A stretch of 64,000 bases of DNA from Fibrobacteria bacterium. GTDB lineage: Bacteria; Fibrobacterota; Fibrobacteria; UBA11236. Positions 50,148 to 59,916 of this stretch are shown one piece after another (position 1 is the stretch's first letter; every line of letters starts with the position of its first letter). The notes beneath the pieces were generated by a model. The model saw nothing but the letters and a program-made list of their open reading frames with translations. It was not told the DNA's origin and did not search any database. Where the stretch lies: the NCBI GenBank assembly GCA_043745805.1, contig JAYTSD010000032.1, forward strand, positions 41,738 to 105,737, read 5' to 3'. A program made the translations under genes and the position numbers.

Positions 50148-51986
50148 ATGCTTTACTCTGAACCGATTCTGACCTGCGATAAACAAGTACTGCTTAACGC
50201 TTTTATTCCATTAAGCGAAAACGGCAAAAAAATCCTCGAAGTACTTTTGATAAGCCCTAAAAATGGAAATGTTGAAGGCCGAGGATTTTTTAATGATCCT
50301 GATTTTTTAATTGAGGCTTGTACGCCATTTATTGGGCGCTATAATTTTTCACTTTCCGCTTTTGCGTATAGTCCAGAAAAAGTAGCCGGACGGATTGCAA
50401 TAAATAAAATCGATCGGGGATTGGTGGAGCCAAAAATACAAGAACTTGGCGAGGCGCATTCTTTATCCCTGCATTTAATGTTCAAACCCGAATTAATGCG
50501 AGAGATGACAGCCTTTAGTGAAAATAACGGCGGAGCCGATTACTCCTTACAAATCGTGTATCAAATTCAACATATTTTTGAACGCTTACAATTGCATACC
50601 TATGTGCTCGATTATTTTTTTACCGGCATGGTGGTGCGTTTTAATCCCGTGCGTGAATTGCAAAAATACCGATTGAATAAATCCACTTGGGCGCAGGTCA
50701 ATAAAAAATTATTGGAAGTTTTGGAAAAAGAAATGTTTCCTGGGGAGCATAAAAAATATGCTTTACAATCTTCGGTTATGGGAAAGGTTTGGGATCCCTT
50801 GCCCGGTATGCCTGGGATGTTTATGGGAGCTGATCATGAATGTTTAATTGTGCGATCTTCGGGTGGATTGCAAGCGGCTGAGGAAAATTTCTTTACGGAT
50901 TTATTTTCTAATGCGCTCGAAGGCAAACAAAATCAACAAAGTTCGCAAAGCGTTTATGCTTCAGCAAATACGCATGGCTTGAGTCAGCATTGGGAAGAAG
51001 CGGTAGATCCAAGTTTATTACCAAATGATCCACAAGCGGCGAAAAATTTTGCCGGAGCCAAGCCGGGATTTCCTGAAATTCAAGAACAAAATAGCAGCTC
51101 AGAGCTGAACCATTTTTTGCATCATCGGGTACTTACGAAATGGCGTTGGCCTTTGTTTTCCAATGTGTTCAATAAAGTTTATCAGGGCATTGGATGCGGC
51201 CAGGTATTGTTTTTACAAGGGCTATCTTTTTCGGGTGAATTGTGTTTTCAATTTTTATTACAAAGCGCCGAAAGTTTTAGCAAAGAAGGCGCGGGTCAGG
51301 TTTTATTTTTCACCAAAAAAAGAACTATTGGCGATATGGCTTTGGCGTCATTATCTCGTCACTATAAAAGCAATCCTTTAATCAGTCGTGCGGCAGGCCA
51401 ATTTCCTGATATAGATGGCTTAGTCGCCACTTACGAAAGTCTTTTCACTAATGCGCCACAGCTTATGCAAAGCCCGCCTAGAGAAGGCCTAGAGGACATT
51501 CTTCGCTATTTGGAACACGATTATATTTTAAAACAAAAAAAGAATGGCGAAGGTTTAATTCCTTTGGTGATTATCATTGATAATCTGGAAGAATATGCTG
51601 CTGAGGATCCGCAAGAAACTTATCGTAACCTTGCTCAATTACGGAATAAATTAGTGGATTTGAATGCCACATTATGGATTTCCCAAGTGGGTTCAACTTG
51701 GGAAAGTATTTCGACTTTGTACTTGGGTTTGGCGAATTATGCTTTACGTTTAGATACCGATGGGGCTTTAGAGGGATTGGATGGACGACCCGGTTCCAAT
51801 TCGCAAAAGTTATGGGAAAATCAATTTGTGGTGGAGCCCAATTTAAGCAAAATAATGCAGGAGCTTTCCTTAGTGAAATTGCATTTTAGAATGCATGGGG
51901 CGCATCGAGAATACAGTTCCTCCTATATTTTTCAAAATAGTAGCTGTTTGTTTCGAGAAACTTCCAGTTTGGATGTTTCCGCTTAA
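50148..51986 (+). CDS. Hypothetical protein with a degenerate RecA/DnaB-like ATPase C-terminal domain
   Basis: FNKVYQGIGCGQVLFLQGLSFSGEL (degenerate Walker A), QVLFFT, VIIIDNLE (Walker B-like), LWISQ. Confidence 0.45.
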   Translation: MLYSEPILTCDKQVLLNAFIPLSENGKKILEVLLISPKNGNVEGRGFFNDPDFLIEACTPFIGRYNFSLSAFAYSPEKVAGRIAINKIDRGLVEPKIQELGEAHSLSLHLMFKPELMREMTAFSENNGGADYSLQIVYQIQHIFERLQLHTYVLDYFFTGMVVRFNPVRELQKYRLNKSTWAQVNKKLLEVLEKEMFPGEHKKYALQSSVMGKVWDPLPGMPGMFMGADHECLIVRSSGGLQAAEENFFTDLFSNALEGKQNQQSSQSVYASANTHGLSQHWEEAVDPSLLPNDPQAAKNFAGAKPGFPEIQEQNSSSELNHFLHHRVLTKWRWPLFSNVFNKVYQGIGCGQVLFLQGLSFSGELCFQFLLQSAESFSKEGAGQVLFFTKKRTIGDMALASLSRHYKSNPLISRAAGQFPDIDGLVATYESLFTNAPQLMQSPPREGLEDILRYLEHDYILKQKKNGEGLIPLVIIIDNLEEYAAEDPQETYRNLAQLRNKLVDLNATLWISQVGSTWESISTLYLGLANYALRLDTDGALEGLDGRPGSNSQKLWENQFVVEPNLSKIMQELSLVKLHFRMHGAHREYSSSYIFQNSSCLFRETSSLDVSA

Positions 51987-52088
51987 AAATTGCCTCAAGC
52001 CGATAATTCATAATTTAAAGTTGGGAGTTTATTCCAGAGTGGATAAATTCTCGGCAACGCCGCTAAGCCGTTCTATATTTCCCTCGAG

Positions 52089-52967
52089 ATGAAAAATCAA
52101 ATTGCCTATTTGTTTTGGGAAGCTATTCGTGGGCTTCGTTCCGATAAATTTTTATCCATTACTTCGGTGATTACTATTGGGATTTGTGCTTCGGTACTTT
52201 CCTTGATGATGATGGTTTTATTTTCTGCATGGACCATTACAAAAGGAACGGATTCTGACGAAGCTATTCGAGCCTTTGTGCGATCTTCGGCAGAGTCACC
52301 AGCCGCTTTAAAAAAACTGGAAAATCAACTGCATGAAATATCCGGTTTGGATTCTGTAATATTTATCAGTAAAGATGATGCGTGGATGGAATTTAAAAAT
52401 GATTTTGGCGAAGATATGTTAAAGTCCTTGGAGTTCAATCCTTTACCGCATTCTTTTTGGTTGTATCCTTCCAAACAATTTCGCAGTGCGACGCAACTCA
52501 AAACTTTACACCAACGTTTACATTGGATTTCGGAAATTGAAGCGGTGAGCGGCGATTCACAATATACAGCTTGGTTGGATAAATGGAAATGGCCCACTTT
52601 AATCGGTGCTTTTTGGGTGATGCTTTTTGTAGCGGGTGCGTTGGCTTTGATTATTCACAATGCGGTAAAACTCAACTTATATGCACGCCGATTATTAGTG
52701 GAGAATATGAAATATTGTGGCGCTGCGGAATGGTTTATTATCACGCCCTTTTTATTAGAAGGGGTATTATTGGGGTTACTGGGGAGTTCCATTGGAGTGT
52801 TGGTACTTTTTCTTTGTCGAAATTTATCCCGTTTGATTTCTCCTGATTTTGCAGCCTCCATACCCGTAGGAGCTTGCTCCCTTATCCTTTTGGGTGCTAC
52901 TGCATTGATTGCTGGAATAGCGAGTATTCGCACGGTGCGGCATTTTCTGTTTAGGAATGCGGCGTGA
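52089..52967 (+). CDS. ftsX: Cell division permease FtsX
   Basis: FISKDDA..EF, NPLPHSF, NAVKLNLYARR, MKYCGA..WFI..PFLLEG. Confidence 0.9.
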   Translation: MKNQIAYLFWEAIRGLRSDKFLSITSVITIGICASVLSLMMMVLFSAWTITKGTDSDEAIRAFVRSSAESPAALKKLENQLHEISGLDSVIFISKDDAWMEFKNDFGEDMLKSLEFNPLPHSFWLYPSKQFRSATQLKTLHQRLHWISEIEAVSGDSQYTAWLDKWKWPTLIGAFWVMLFVAGALALIIHNAVKLNLYARRLLVENMKYCGAAEWFIITPFLLEGVLLGLLGSSIGVLVLFLCRNLSRLISPDFAASIPVGACSLILLGATALIAGIASIRTVRHFLFRNAA

Positions 52968-54121
52968 ACGGTAGGTTTTTCTTTGCCCTTTTTTTGACCA
53001 CTTTTTTTTTGAATCAGGCTTTCGCGAAGCATGATTATGATAAAGAAATTGCCAAACAAAAAGAAGAACTCAATGAACTGAAAGATGAATTGGAAAAAGA
53101 GAAAAAAGATTTAGCCGAGTTAAAGCAAAAGAAAACGGGCGCTTTGGAGCAGCTTAATAAATTACAAGACAATATTTCCACTACCGAAAAATATCTGCAA
53201 AAATTAAATTCAACCGAAGAGGCTCTCAATCATTCCTTAGAGGAAATTCAAAAAGAACTCATTGCGTTACAAGGACGTATTTCCGAGCGCAATAAAATTA
53301 TGGGGAAGCGCGTACGCGCCTTATTCATGCAGGGTAAAACTCAGCCTATAGCCGTAGAATTGTGGAAACCCAATACCACTTTATCCAGTACTTTTGATAA
53401 AGCTTTTTTAATGCAAAAAGTGGTGCAATATGATCAAAACCTTTTATTAGCGAGTCAAAAAGACGCGACTTTAAAAGCCAAAACTTTGCAAAAAATGCAA
53501 ACCAAACATGAAGAAGTGGAAGGATTTCGCAAACATAAAGCGCAAGAAATAATCACTTATTCTACTGCGAAAAAAAATCAGGAAGTACAGTTAAATGAAT
53601 TACAGGCCAATGTAGAAGCCAAAAATCAAGCTTTACAGCAATTAGAAGATAATGAAAAACTGATCACTGAATTGATTAGAACTTTAGAAAAAAAACGCAA
53701 AGAAGAATTGGCTCACCATGTCAAAAAACCGATTGCCTTAGAAACCGGAGAGAAATATTGTATGCCAGCGGATGGCGATATTGCTTCCGAATATGGCTTA
53801 CATTTTAATTCTACTTTGAAAATCACCACGAAAAATTTGGGTATTGAAATCCAAGGAAAAGGTGGCGCGCCTGTACGGGCAGCTGTTTCTGGTGAAGTGG
53901 CTATGATTACGCAAATTCCAGGTTATGGTCCAGGCCTAATTCTCGATAATGGATCTAATTATTTTACCATTTACGCCAATGTTACGGGTATCCCCTGGAA
54001 AACGGGAGATAAAATTAAAACTTGCCAAGAGCTAGGACATGTGCCAGCAAAGGGTCGCGTTTATTTTGAAGTGCGCCAAGGAACCAAAACTTTAGATCCC
54101 GTAAAATGGCTGAAACAATAA
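52964..54121 (+). CDS. envC: Murein hydrolase activator EnvC (coiled coil + degenerate M23)
   Basis: Signal peptide, long coiled coil, GIEI, YFTIYA, YFEVR..DPVKWL; overlaps ftsX. Confidence 0.85.
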   Translation: MNGRFFFALFLTTFFLNQAFAKHDYDKEIAKQKEELNELKDELEKEKKDLAELKQKKTGALEQLNKLQDNISTTEKYLQKLNSTEEALNHSLEEIQKELIALQGRISERNKIMGKRVRALFMQGKTQPIAVELWKPNTTLSSTFDKAFLMQKVVQYDQNLLLASQKDATLKAKTLQKMQTKHEEVEGFRKHKAQEIITYSTAKKNQEVQLNELQANVEAKNQALQQLEDNEKLITELIRTLEKKRKEELAHHVKKPIALETGEKYCMPADGDIASEYGLHFNSTLKITTKNLGIEIQGKGGAPVRAAVSGEVAMITQIPGYGPGLILDNGSNYFTIYANVTGIPWKTGDKIKTCQELGHVPAKGRVYFEVRQGTKTLDPVKWLKQ

Positions 54122-54133
54122 AACAGGTTTAAC

Positions 54134-55228
54134 ATGCAATTAGAATTTCTCCATACCTTAGGCCAAGATGGCGCCAAACAATTTTTAACTGAAGCCATGC
54201 TGAATAATCGCTTTCCGCATGCATTGCTTATTTATGGATCTTTTGGTGTGGGTCAAAATGCTTTGGCGCTCGATATGATCGATATTTTATTATGCGATTC
54301 GGCTGTGAAAAAGCCTTGTCATCAATGCCAATGGTGCTTGGAGCGTAAGCATCGCAATCAAGATAATGTAACCTATTTGTTTCCCCTAGGAAGCAAGGTT
54401 GAAGAAAAAGAAAGTGATAAAATCGAAGAAGAGAATATTAAATGTGCGGCTTTAGAAGAAAACGCTTATCTCTTTGCTTCCACAGCAAAGGAAAATATTT
54501 CTATTGCTCAAATTCGGGATATGCAAAACAAATTAGGATTTGCTGAATTGGCGGATAGGAAACGTATTGCGGTTATTGTCGGGGCAGAAACCTTACAGGC
54601 TCCAGCCGCAAATGCCCTACTTAAAATATTAGAAGAACCGCCTCCACAAGTATTTTTCTTATTAACCTGCGAAGATCGACAGAAAATTTTACCCACTATT
54701 TTATCGCGTTGTACGCAAATAAGTTTGCCCACGTTAAAAGATGAAGAGTTAGCACAGATGTTACCTGCACTACAAAAGTTACCTGGCGAAACATTACAGG
54801 CCAGATTTATTCCTTTTGCTGAGGGTTCCATTGGACAGTTTTTGCTTTTGCATCGAGAAGGTGGAGAGGCTTTACAGGAGGCTGCCAAGCACTTTATTGC
54901 CACTACGGTGATTCCCGATTGGAGAGCTTTTTCGGAGTTTATTGAAAGCTCGGAATATTTTACAGAAATGGAAAGTAGTTTAAAGCTTTTACAATTTATT
55001 TTAAGAAGCATTCGGCAAACTCATCGGGCGCATATTCTCAATACCCATGTCACAAGTCCGTCGACCTTTGCTTTGGATTGGGAGGGGTTGGATGAATTGA
55101 TGAAAGACAACCGTTTGCAGTATTATGTGAAATTTATTGAAAGTGTGATGGCGGCTATTCAAGCTTATTCTAAGCCTACCATTGCAGCCTTAGGATCCCT
55201 TTTAGAGTATGAGGCAAAAATCGCATGA
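54134..55228 (+). CDS. holB: DNA polymerase III delta' subunit
   Basis: HALLIYG..GVG, CxxC zinc module, AANALLKILEEPP, LPTILSRC. Confidence 0.9.
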   Translation: MQLEFLHTLGQDGAKQFLTEAMLNNRFPHALLIYGSFGVGQNALALDMIDILLCDSAVKKPCHQCQWCLERKHRNQDNVTYLFPLGSKVEEKESDKIEEENIKCAALEENAYLFASTAKENISIAQIRDMQNKLGFAELADRKRIAVIVGAETLQAPAANALLKILEEPPPQVFFLLTCEDRQKILPTILSRCTQISLPTLKDEELAQMLPALQKLPGETLQARFIPFAEGSIGQFLLLHREGGEALQEAAKHFIATTVIPDWRAFSEFIESSEYFTEMESSLKLLQFILRSIRQTHRAHILNTHVTSPSTFALDWEGLDELMKDNRLQYYVKFIESVMAAIQAYSKPTIAALGSLLEYEAKIA

Positions 55229-56931
55229 GCGATATGATTATTATTAAGCCTAAAGCTCAAGATGAAAAAGTTTTACAAGATTTAGCGTTTTCCATTGCTG
55301 GGCCAAATTTTATAGCAGATTTATTATTACAACGTGGGATTAATGAAAAGGAAAAAGCGCGGGATTTTTTCTTAGCAACTATGCTACAAAGCCCTGAAAA
55401 TCAGATGCTATTAGGCATGACGCAAGCTATAACCTGCTTAAAAGAAATCTTGCGCCAAGAGCAAAAGATTACGGTGCATGGCGATTATGACGTAGATGGT
55501 ATTACCGGTACGGCGATTCTCTATTTAGGCTTAAAGGCTTTGGGCTTTAATGTGGATTGGTTTTTGCCCAATCGCTTTGTAGAGGGTTATGGTATTAGCG
55601 CGCGGAGTGTAGAAAAGATCCAGCAACAAGGTTCGCAATGGATTATTTCCGTAGATACAGGTATTGCAGCGGTTGCCGAAGTGGCTATGGCTAAGGCTTT
55701 GGGCATGGGAATGATTATCACCGATCATCATCAGGCTGCCGAAATTTTGCCAAATGCGGATGCGATTATCAATCCTAATCAACCAGGTTGTACTTATCCC
55801 AATAAAGGTTTGTCAGGAGTAGGCGTAGCGTACAAGTTACTGCAAGCGCTGATGCAGGATATGGGTAAAGGCTCGGCAGAAAAATATCTGGACTTGGTAG
55901 CTTTAGGTTCTTTGGCGGATAATGTTCCCTTAGTGGGTGAAAATAGATCGCTAGTCAGACTTGGCTTGCGGCAATTGAAAACGGATCCTTTGCCTGGATT
56001 AAGTGTTTTATTAAAACATTTAGGATTATTGAATGCGGAACAAGCTTCACTTTCCTCTACCGATATTCTTTTCAAAGTTACCCCTTTGATTAATGCGGTG
56101 GGTCGTATGGGTAATCCTGCTATTGCCTTGCGATTATTATTAGCAGAAACCGAAGCCGAGGCTGAAACACATTTTACGGAAATGCAATTAGAAAACGAAA
56201 AGCGAAAAAAATTGGATCAAAGTATTACCGAACAAGCTATACGCATGGTACTAGAGGATCCTACTTATTTGGAAGCCGGTTGTTTAGTTTTGGCTTCCTC
56301 AGAATGGCATGAAGGCGTAATAGGTATTGTGGCCGCACGCTTAGTGGAAAAATTTCGTCGACCGGTTTTTATTTTAGCAATAGATGCTCATGGTATGGCT
56401 AAAGCAAGCGGACGTACCATTCCCGGATTCAATCTCTATAAAGCTTTGGCTACCATACCCGAAATTTTTGAGAAATGGGGTGGGCATTATTATGCTTGCG
56501 GTTTAAGCATACGCGCCGAAAATATTCCCCGGTTTAGGGAACAAATGAATACTTTAGCGGCAATTCATTTGGCCGGTAATGATTTTAAACAATTGGTGCA
56601 AACCACGGCGGCTGTTGAGCTGCACGAATTAACAGAAAACAATTTGCTTTGGCTTAAGCGTTTTGAACCCTTTGGCCCTTTAAATGAAAATCCGATTTTT
56701 TATTCCGAAAACTTGAAGGTTACTGGTGCCCCGCGTATCGTGGGAGAAAAGCATTTGAAATTGACTTTGAGTAATGGTCAAGCGAGCTTCGATGCCATCG
56801 GTTTTGGTTTGGGACATTTGTGCGAGGCGATCACGCAAAAAAAATCTGTGGATAAAATTGCTTTTTACCCTGAATGGAATACTTTTAAAGGCATGCGAAA
56901 AATCCAATTGCGTTTGGTGGCCGTTGAATAA
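55225..56931 (+). CDS. recJ: ssDNA exonuclease RecJ
   Basis: GDYDVDG, PNRF.EGYG, VDTG, TDHH, NAVGRM, WHEGVIGIVA, GGH, EPFG..N. Confidence 0.96.
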   Translation: MSDMIIIKPKAQDEKVLQDLAFSIAGPNFIADLLLQRGINEKEKARDFFLATMLQSPENQMLLGMTQAITCLKEILRQEQKITVHGDYDVDGITGTAILYLGLKALGFNVDWFLPNRFVEGYGISARSVEKIQQQGSQWIISVDTGIAAVAEVAMAKALGMGMIITDHHQAAEILPNADAIINPNQPGCTYPNKGLSGVGVAYKLLQALMQDMGKGSAEKYLDLVALGSLADNVPLVGENRSLVRLGLRQLKTDPLPGLSVLLKHLGLLNAEQASLSSTDILFKVTPLINAVGRMGNPAIALRLLLAETEAEAETHFTEMQLENEKRKKLDQSITEQAIRMVLEDPTYLEAGCLVLASSEWHEGVIGIVAARLVEKFRRPVFILAIDAHGMAKASGRTIPGFNLYKALATIPEIFEKWGGHYYACGLSIRAENIPRFREQMNTLAAIHLAGNDFKQLVQTTAAVELHELTENNLLWLKRFEPFGPLNENPIFYSENLKVTGAPRIVGEKHLKLTLSNGQASFDAIGFGLGHLCEAITQKKSVDKIAFYPEWNTFKGMRKIQLRLVAVE

Positions 56932-56943
56932 ACTTTAATAAAT

Positions 56944-56977
56944 ATCACACTTTGTGATGGGGGTCACAGAAATGTGA
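56944..56977. promoter_or_regulatory. CRP/FNR-family-like operator cluster
   Basis: Perfect TGTGA-N6-TCACA at 56953-56968, flanked by further TCACA (56945) and TGTGA (56973) half-sites. Confidence 0.6.
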
Positions 56978-56996
56978 TTTCGACATAGCTAATTTC

Positions 56997-57524
56997 TTGA
57001 CTATTAACCGTGGTCAAGGAGAATGTATGGGAAAGCCAATTAATGCCTATATTCGTAAACAAAATATTCTTAGAAATTCCGCTTTTGTTTTATCTTCAGA
57101 AGAAATTCGCTTTTTACTAAACGCGACTTTGGATTATAAAAACTATTTATTACTAAAAACAGCTTATACATTGGGCTTAACTGCGAGTGCAATCCTTGCT
57201 TTAAGAATGTCCAATTTTAATTATCGTAAGCAAGAATTTTTGGTGATCGACAAGAATAGTCGAAAAATAAGTTACCCTCTACCCACGGAATTATTTTTGG
57301 AATGGCGACGATATTTATGGAAATATCAACCTCAGGATTATTTATTCTTTAGCGAGGAATTAAAACAACCACTCAGCATTTTACAAGCCGAGCAAATATT
57401 TCAACAAAGCGGCTTGCTAGCAGGAATTGTTACGCAAACAAATTTTAATAGCCTTGCAATGTCGCAGCAAGCGCATCGAATAAGCCGAGAAAGAAACCGC
57501 GTTTTTTGGATTAATCATTCTTGA
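56997..57524 (+). CDS. Degenerate tyrosine recombinase-like protein (catalytic residues lost)
   Basis: VLSSEEIRFLLNAT...LLLKTAYTLGLTAS...YQPQDYLF...AGI follows the integrase catalytic-domain pattern; GLR is GLT, HxLR is NSLA, no Tyr helix. Likely start ATG 57027. Confidence 0.65.
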   Translation: MTINRGQGECMGKPINAYIRKQNILRNSAFVLSSEEIRFLLNATLDYKNYLLLKTAYTLGLTASAILALRMSNFNYRKQEFLVIDKNSRKISYPLPTELFLEWRRYLWKYQPQDYLFFSEELKQPLSILQAEQIFQQSGLLAGIVTQTNFNSLAMSQQAHRISRERNRVFWINHS

Positions 57525-57579
57525 TTTAATTAATCTTTTTCGTTTTTTATCGGTTTAAGATTCATAAATTTGAAAACCA

Positions 57580-57972
57580 AGGAAGCGGGATACAGAGCTT
57601 GGTTCCTACCTAGGGACAAGTTGTCCCTAGGTAGAAATGCTAAGCAATGGTAAAAAACGAAAGACACTTGCGGGTAATGTGAAAGATATATTTCGTATTA
57701 TCCAATCCATTCCATCGTCAAAGGCAAGACCATTTAAACACTGGCTGGCAAAGGTGGGCTAGGAACGCATTCAGGAAATGAATGACCCCGCACTAAGTAT
57801 GGACCGCGCCTGTGAAAACTGGCAAAAACTGAGCAGAAGCGAAAAATGGATTCAGCAGCGAATGACGGGACAACAAACCCGAAATAAATTGACAGATTTT
57901 TGGAAGGATGCAGGAGTAAAGGAAAAAGATGAATTTGCCATGCTTACTGACATCATCCACAAGGTGTTGTAA
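57580..57972 (+). pseudogene. Bro-N/antirepressor-family pseudogene fragment
   Basis: One frame reads RKRDTELGSYLGTSCP*VEMLSNGKKRKTLAGN...FRIIQSIPSSKARPFKHWLAKVG*ERIQEMNDP...WIQQRMTGQQTRNKLTD; in-frame TAGs at 57628 and 57760; truncated at both ends. Confidence 0.8.
57606..57634. repeat. Perfect 14-bp inverted repeat with 1-nt centre
   Basis: CTACCTAGGGACAA-G-TTGTCCCTAGGTAG. Confidence 0.9.
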
Positions 57973-58025
57973 CTCATTAATCAACCCATTCCAAATATCA
58001 CTACTAATTCCATTACTAAAAAACC

Positions 58026-59156
58026 CTATTTCCCCGCCAGCGCAATCGCTTCCTGGTAAATCGCCTCATACTGAGGAATAATAATATCCGGATGAAAAAG
58101 TCTTTCCGCACGTGCGCGACCTGCTTTACCCATACTTGCGCGTAAATCGGCTGACAGCCCAAGTGCAATAGCATTTTTAGCCATCGATTCTACATCACCC
58201 ACTTCGGATAAAAATCCACAGGTCTCATCGACCACTTCGGGAATGCCGCCAGAGGTAGTTGAGATTACTGGCATTTCGCAAGCCATTGCCTCTAAGGGTG
58301 CCAAGCCAAAACTTTCCGTGGCGGAAGGAAATAATAAAATATCCGCGGAGCTCAGAATGGTTACAATGTCTTCTTGCTTACCTAAAAATTTAACATGTTT
58401 ACTAATACCAAGTTTACTTGCCAATTCTCTTGCATCGCGTAATAAGGGACCTTCTCCTACCATTAATAACACTGCATCCACGGCTTTGCGCACGCGCGCA
58501 AAAATTTCAATGATGTCTAAAATTCTTTTCACCGGACGGAAATTGGACACATGAATATAAATAACTTGCTCGGGTCGCGCAAAATTGGCGCGATGAGAAG
58601 GCGATGGATTGCGGCGAAACAAATTTAAATCTACGAAGTTATAAATTCTTTTCACCGGCTTATAAGGTTTAAAAATGGATTCGGTTTCTTTTTTTAAATA
58701 ATCGGATACGGCTGTGGTGATGGTACTTTGATTGATCCCAAAGCGAGTAATATCAAACATATTTTTTTCTTGGCCGACCAAGGTGATATCCGTACCATGT
58801 AAGGTGGTGACAATAGGTAACGCGCAAGGATACAAGAGTCGTGAGGCTAAATAGGCGCAGATAGCATGTGGGATAGCATAATGCACATGGAGTAAATCGA
58901 GTTGTTCGCTAACGAATACTTCTTTCATTTTTGAAGCTAACGCCAAATCATAAGGTGGATATTCAAAAAGTGGATAAGGATCCATTTCCACTTCATGAAA
59001 ATAAATGCGATCTTGAAATTCGCGACTTAAACGAAAAGGAATGGACGAAGTAATAAAATGAATTTCATGGCCGCGTTGTGCTAAAAATTTTCCGAGTTCG
59101 GAAGCGAGTACGCCGCTGCCGCCATAGGTGGAATAACAGGTGATGCCGATTTTCAT
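58026..59156 (-). CDS. bshA: N-acetyl-alpha-D-glucosaminyl L-malate synthase
   Basis: MKIGITCY...GGSGV.A.ELG, YPLFEYPPY, HVHYAIPHA, TTLHGTDIT, HVSNFRPVKR, ESFGL. Confidence 0.95.
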   Translation of the reverse strand: MKIGITCYSTYGGSGVLASELGKFLAQRGHEIHFITSSIPFRLSREFQDRIYFHEVEMDPYPLFEYPPYDLALASKMKEVFVSEQLDLLHVHYAIPHAICAYLASRLLYPCALPIVTTLHGTDITLVGQEKNMFDITRFGINQSTITTAVSDYLKKETESIFKPYKPVKRIYNFVDLNLFRRNPSPSHRANFARPEQVIYIHVSNFRPVKRILDIIEIFARVRKAVDAVLLMVGEGPLLRDARELASKLGISKHVKFLGKQEDIVTILSSADILLFPSATESFGLAPLEAMACEMPVISTTSGGIPEVVDETCGFLSEVGDVESMAKNAIALGLSADLRASMGKAGRARAERLFHPDIIIPQYEAIYQEAIALAGK

Positions 59157-59881
59157 GTGAAGCGAGTTCCTCCCAAAGTAGTCATATCATTAATCTCCGC
59201 CCATTCCGCGCTGCAAAAGGCTTCGGCATATTTACGTTTAATACGCGAGCCGTAAAAGCGATTGCGCGCTTCTAGGTTTTCCAAAAATGCAGGTGTTGCT
59301 AAATCCGTTTTACCTTTAAATTTTTTCGCTTCAGGATTATGGAATTGGCTTTTATAACTCAAAATGAGTTTGATTTTTTGCGCCCAAAAATCTGTAATGT
59401 CTACACAAAAGCGTGGTTCCACAAATTCATTGCCGAGAAAATAAAAAATACGTTCGGGGCGATAAGGCATTCCGGCGCAAGCAATTTTGGCTAGGCCTGC
59501 TTTGAAAGCAGCGTCCTTAACGAGTTCGGCAGTTTGACGATGATCGGGATGTTCATCTTGCGCTAAATGTGTAATTAAAACCTTGGGGCGATGGCGGCGA
59601 ATACATTCGATTAATTGTTTTTGCGATGCCCCATTATTTTCCACTTGCGAATCCTGCAAGCCTAAGCATTCTCTTTGCACGCCAAGTAACTTTGCGGCGG
59701 CATTACTTTCGCGTAACCGTATCTCGGGTGTTCCGCGTGTTCCTGCGGAGCCATCGGTGGCATCTACCAATATGCCGCTACGGCCTTGGCTGCGTAATTT
59801 CAATAAAGTGCCGCCAGCGAGAATTTCCACATCATCGGGATGTGCGCCAATGGCCATAAAGTCTAAGGATTTAGGAGTCAT
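59153..59881 (-). CDS. bshB1: Bacillithiol biosynthesis deacetylase
   Basis: GAHPDDVE, GTRGT...R, HPDH, YKSQF, YAEAF. Confidence 0.92.
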   Translation of the reverse strand: MTPKSLDFMAIGAHPDDVEILAGGTLLKLRSQGRSGILVDATDGSAGTRGTPEIRLRESNAAAKLLGVQRECLGLQDSQVENNGASQKQLIECIRRHRPKVLITHLAQDEHPDHRQTAELVKDAAFKAGLAKIACAGMPYRPERIFYFLGNEFVEPRFCVDITDFWAQKIKLILSYKSQFHNPEAKKFKGKTDLATPAFLENLEARNRFYGSRIKRKYAEAFCSAEWAEINDMTTLGGTRFT

Positions 59882-59916
59882 AAAATTTCCTTTACTTTTT
59901 TCTCAAGGATAAATTT

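Noticed and set aside
57628-57762. TAG recoding or readthrough in the Bro-N frame
   Set aside because: TAG ends ordinary genes here (trpD, LMW-PTP, pal, tolR). The two TAGs appear to replace different residues and the fragment is truncated, so a pseudogene is the simpler reading.
56997-58025. Integron (integrase plus cassette array)
   Set aside because: The recombinase lacks catalytic residues, and no attC-like repeats or cassette ORFs were recognised.
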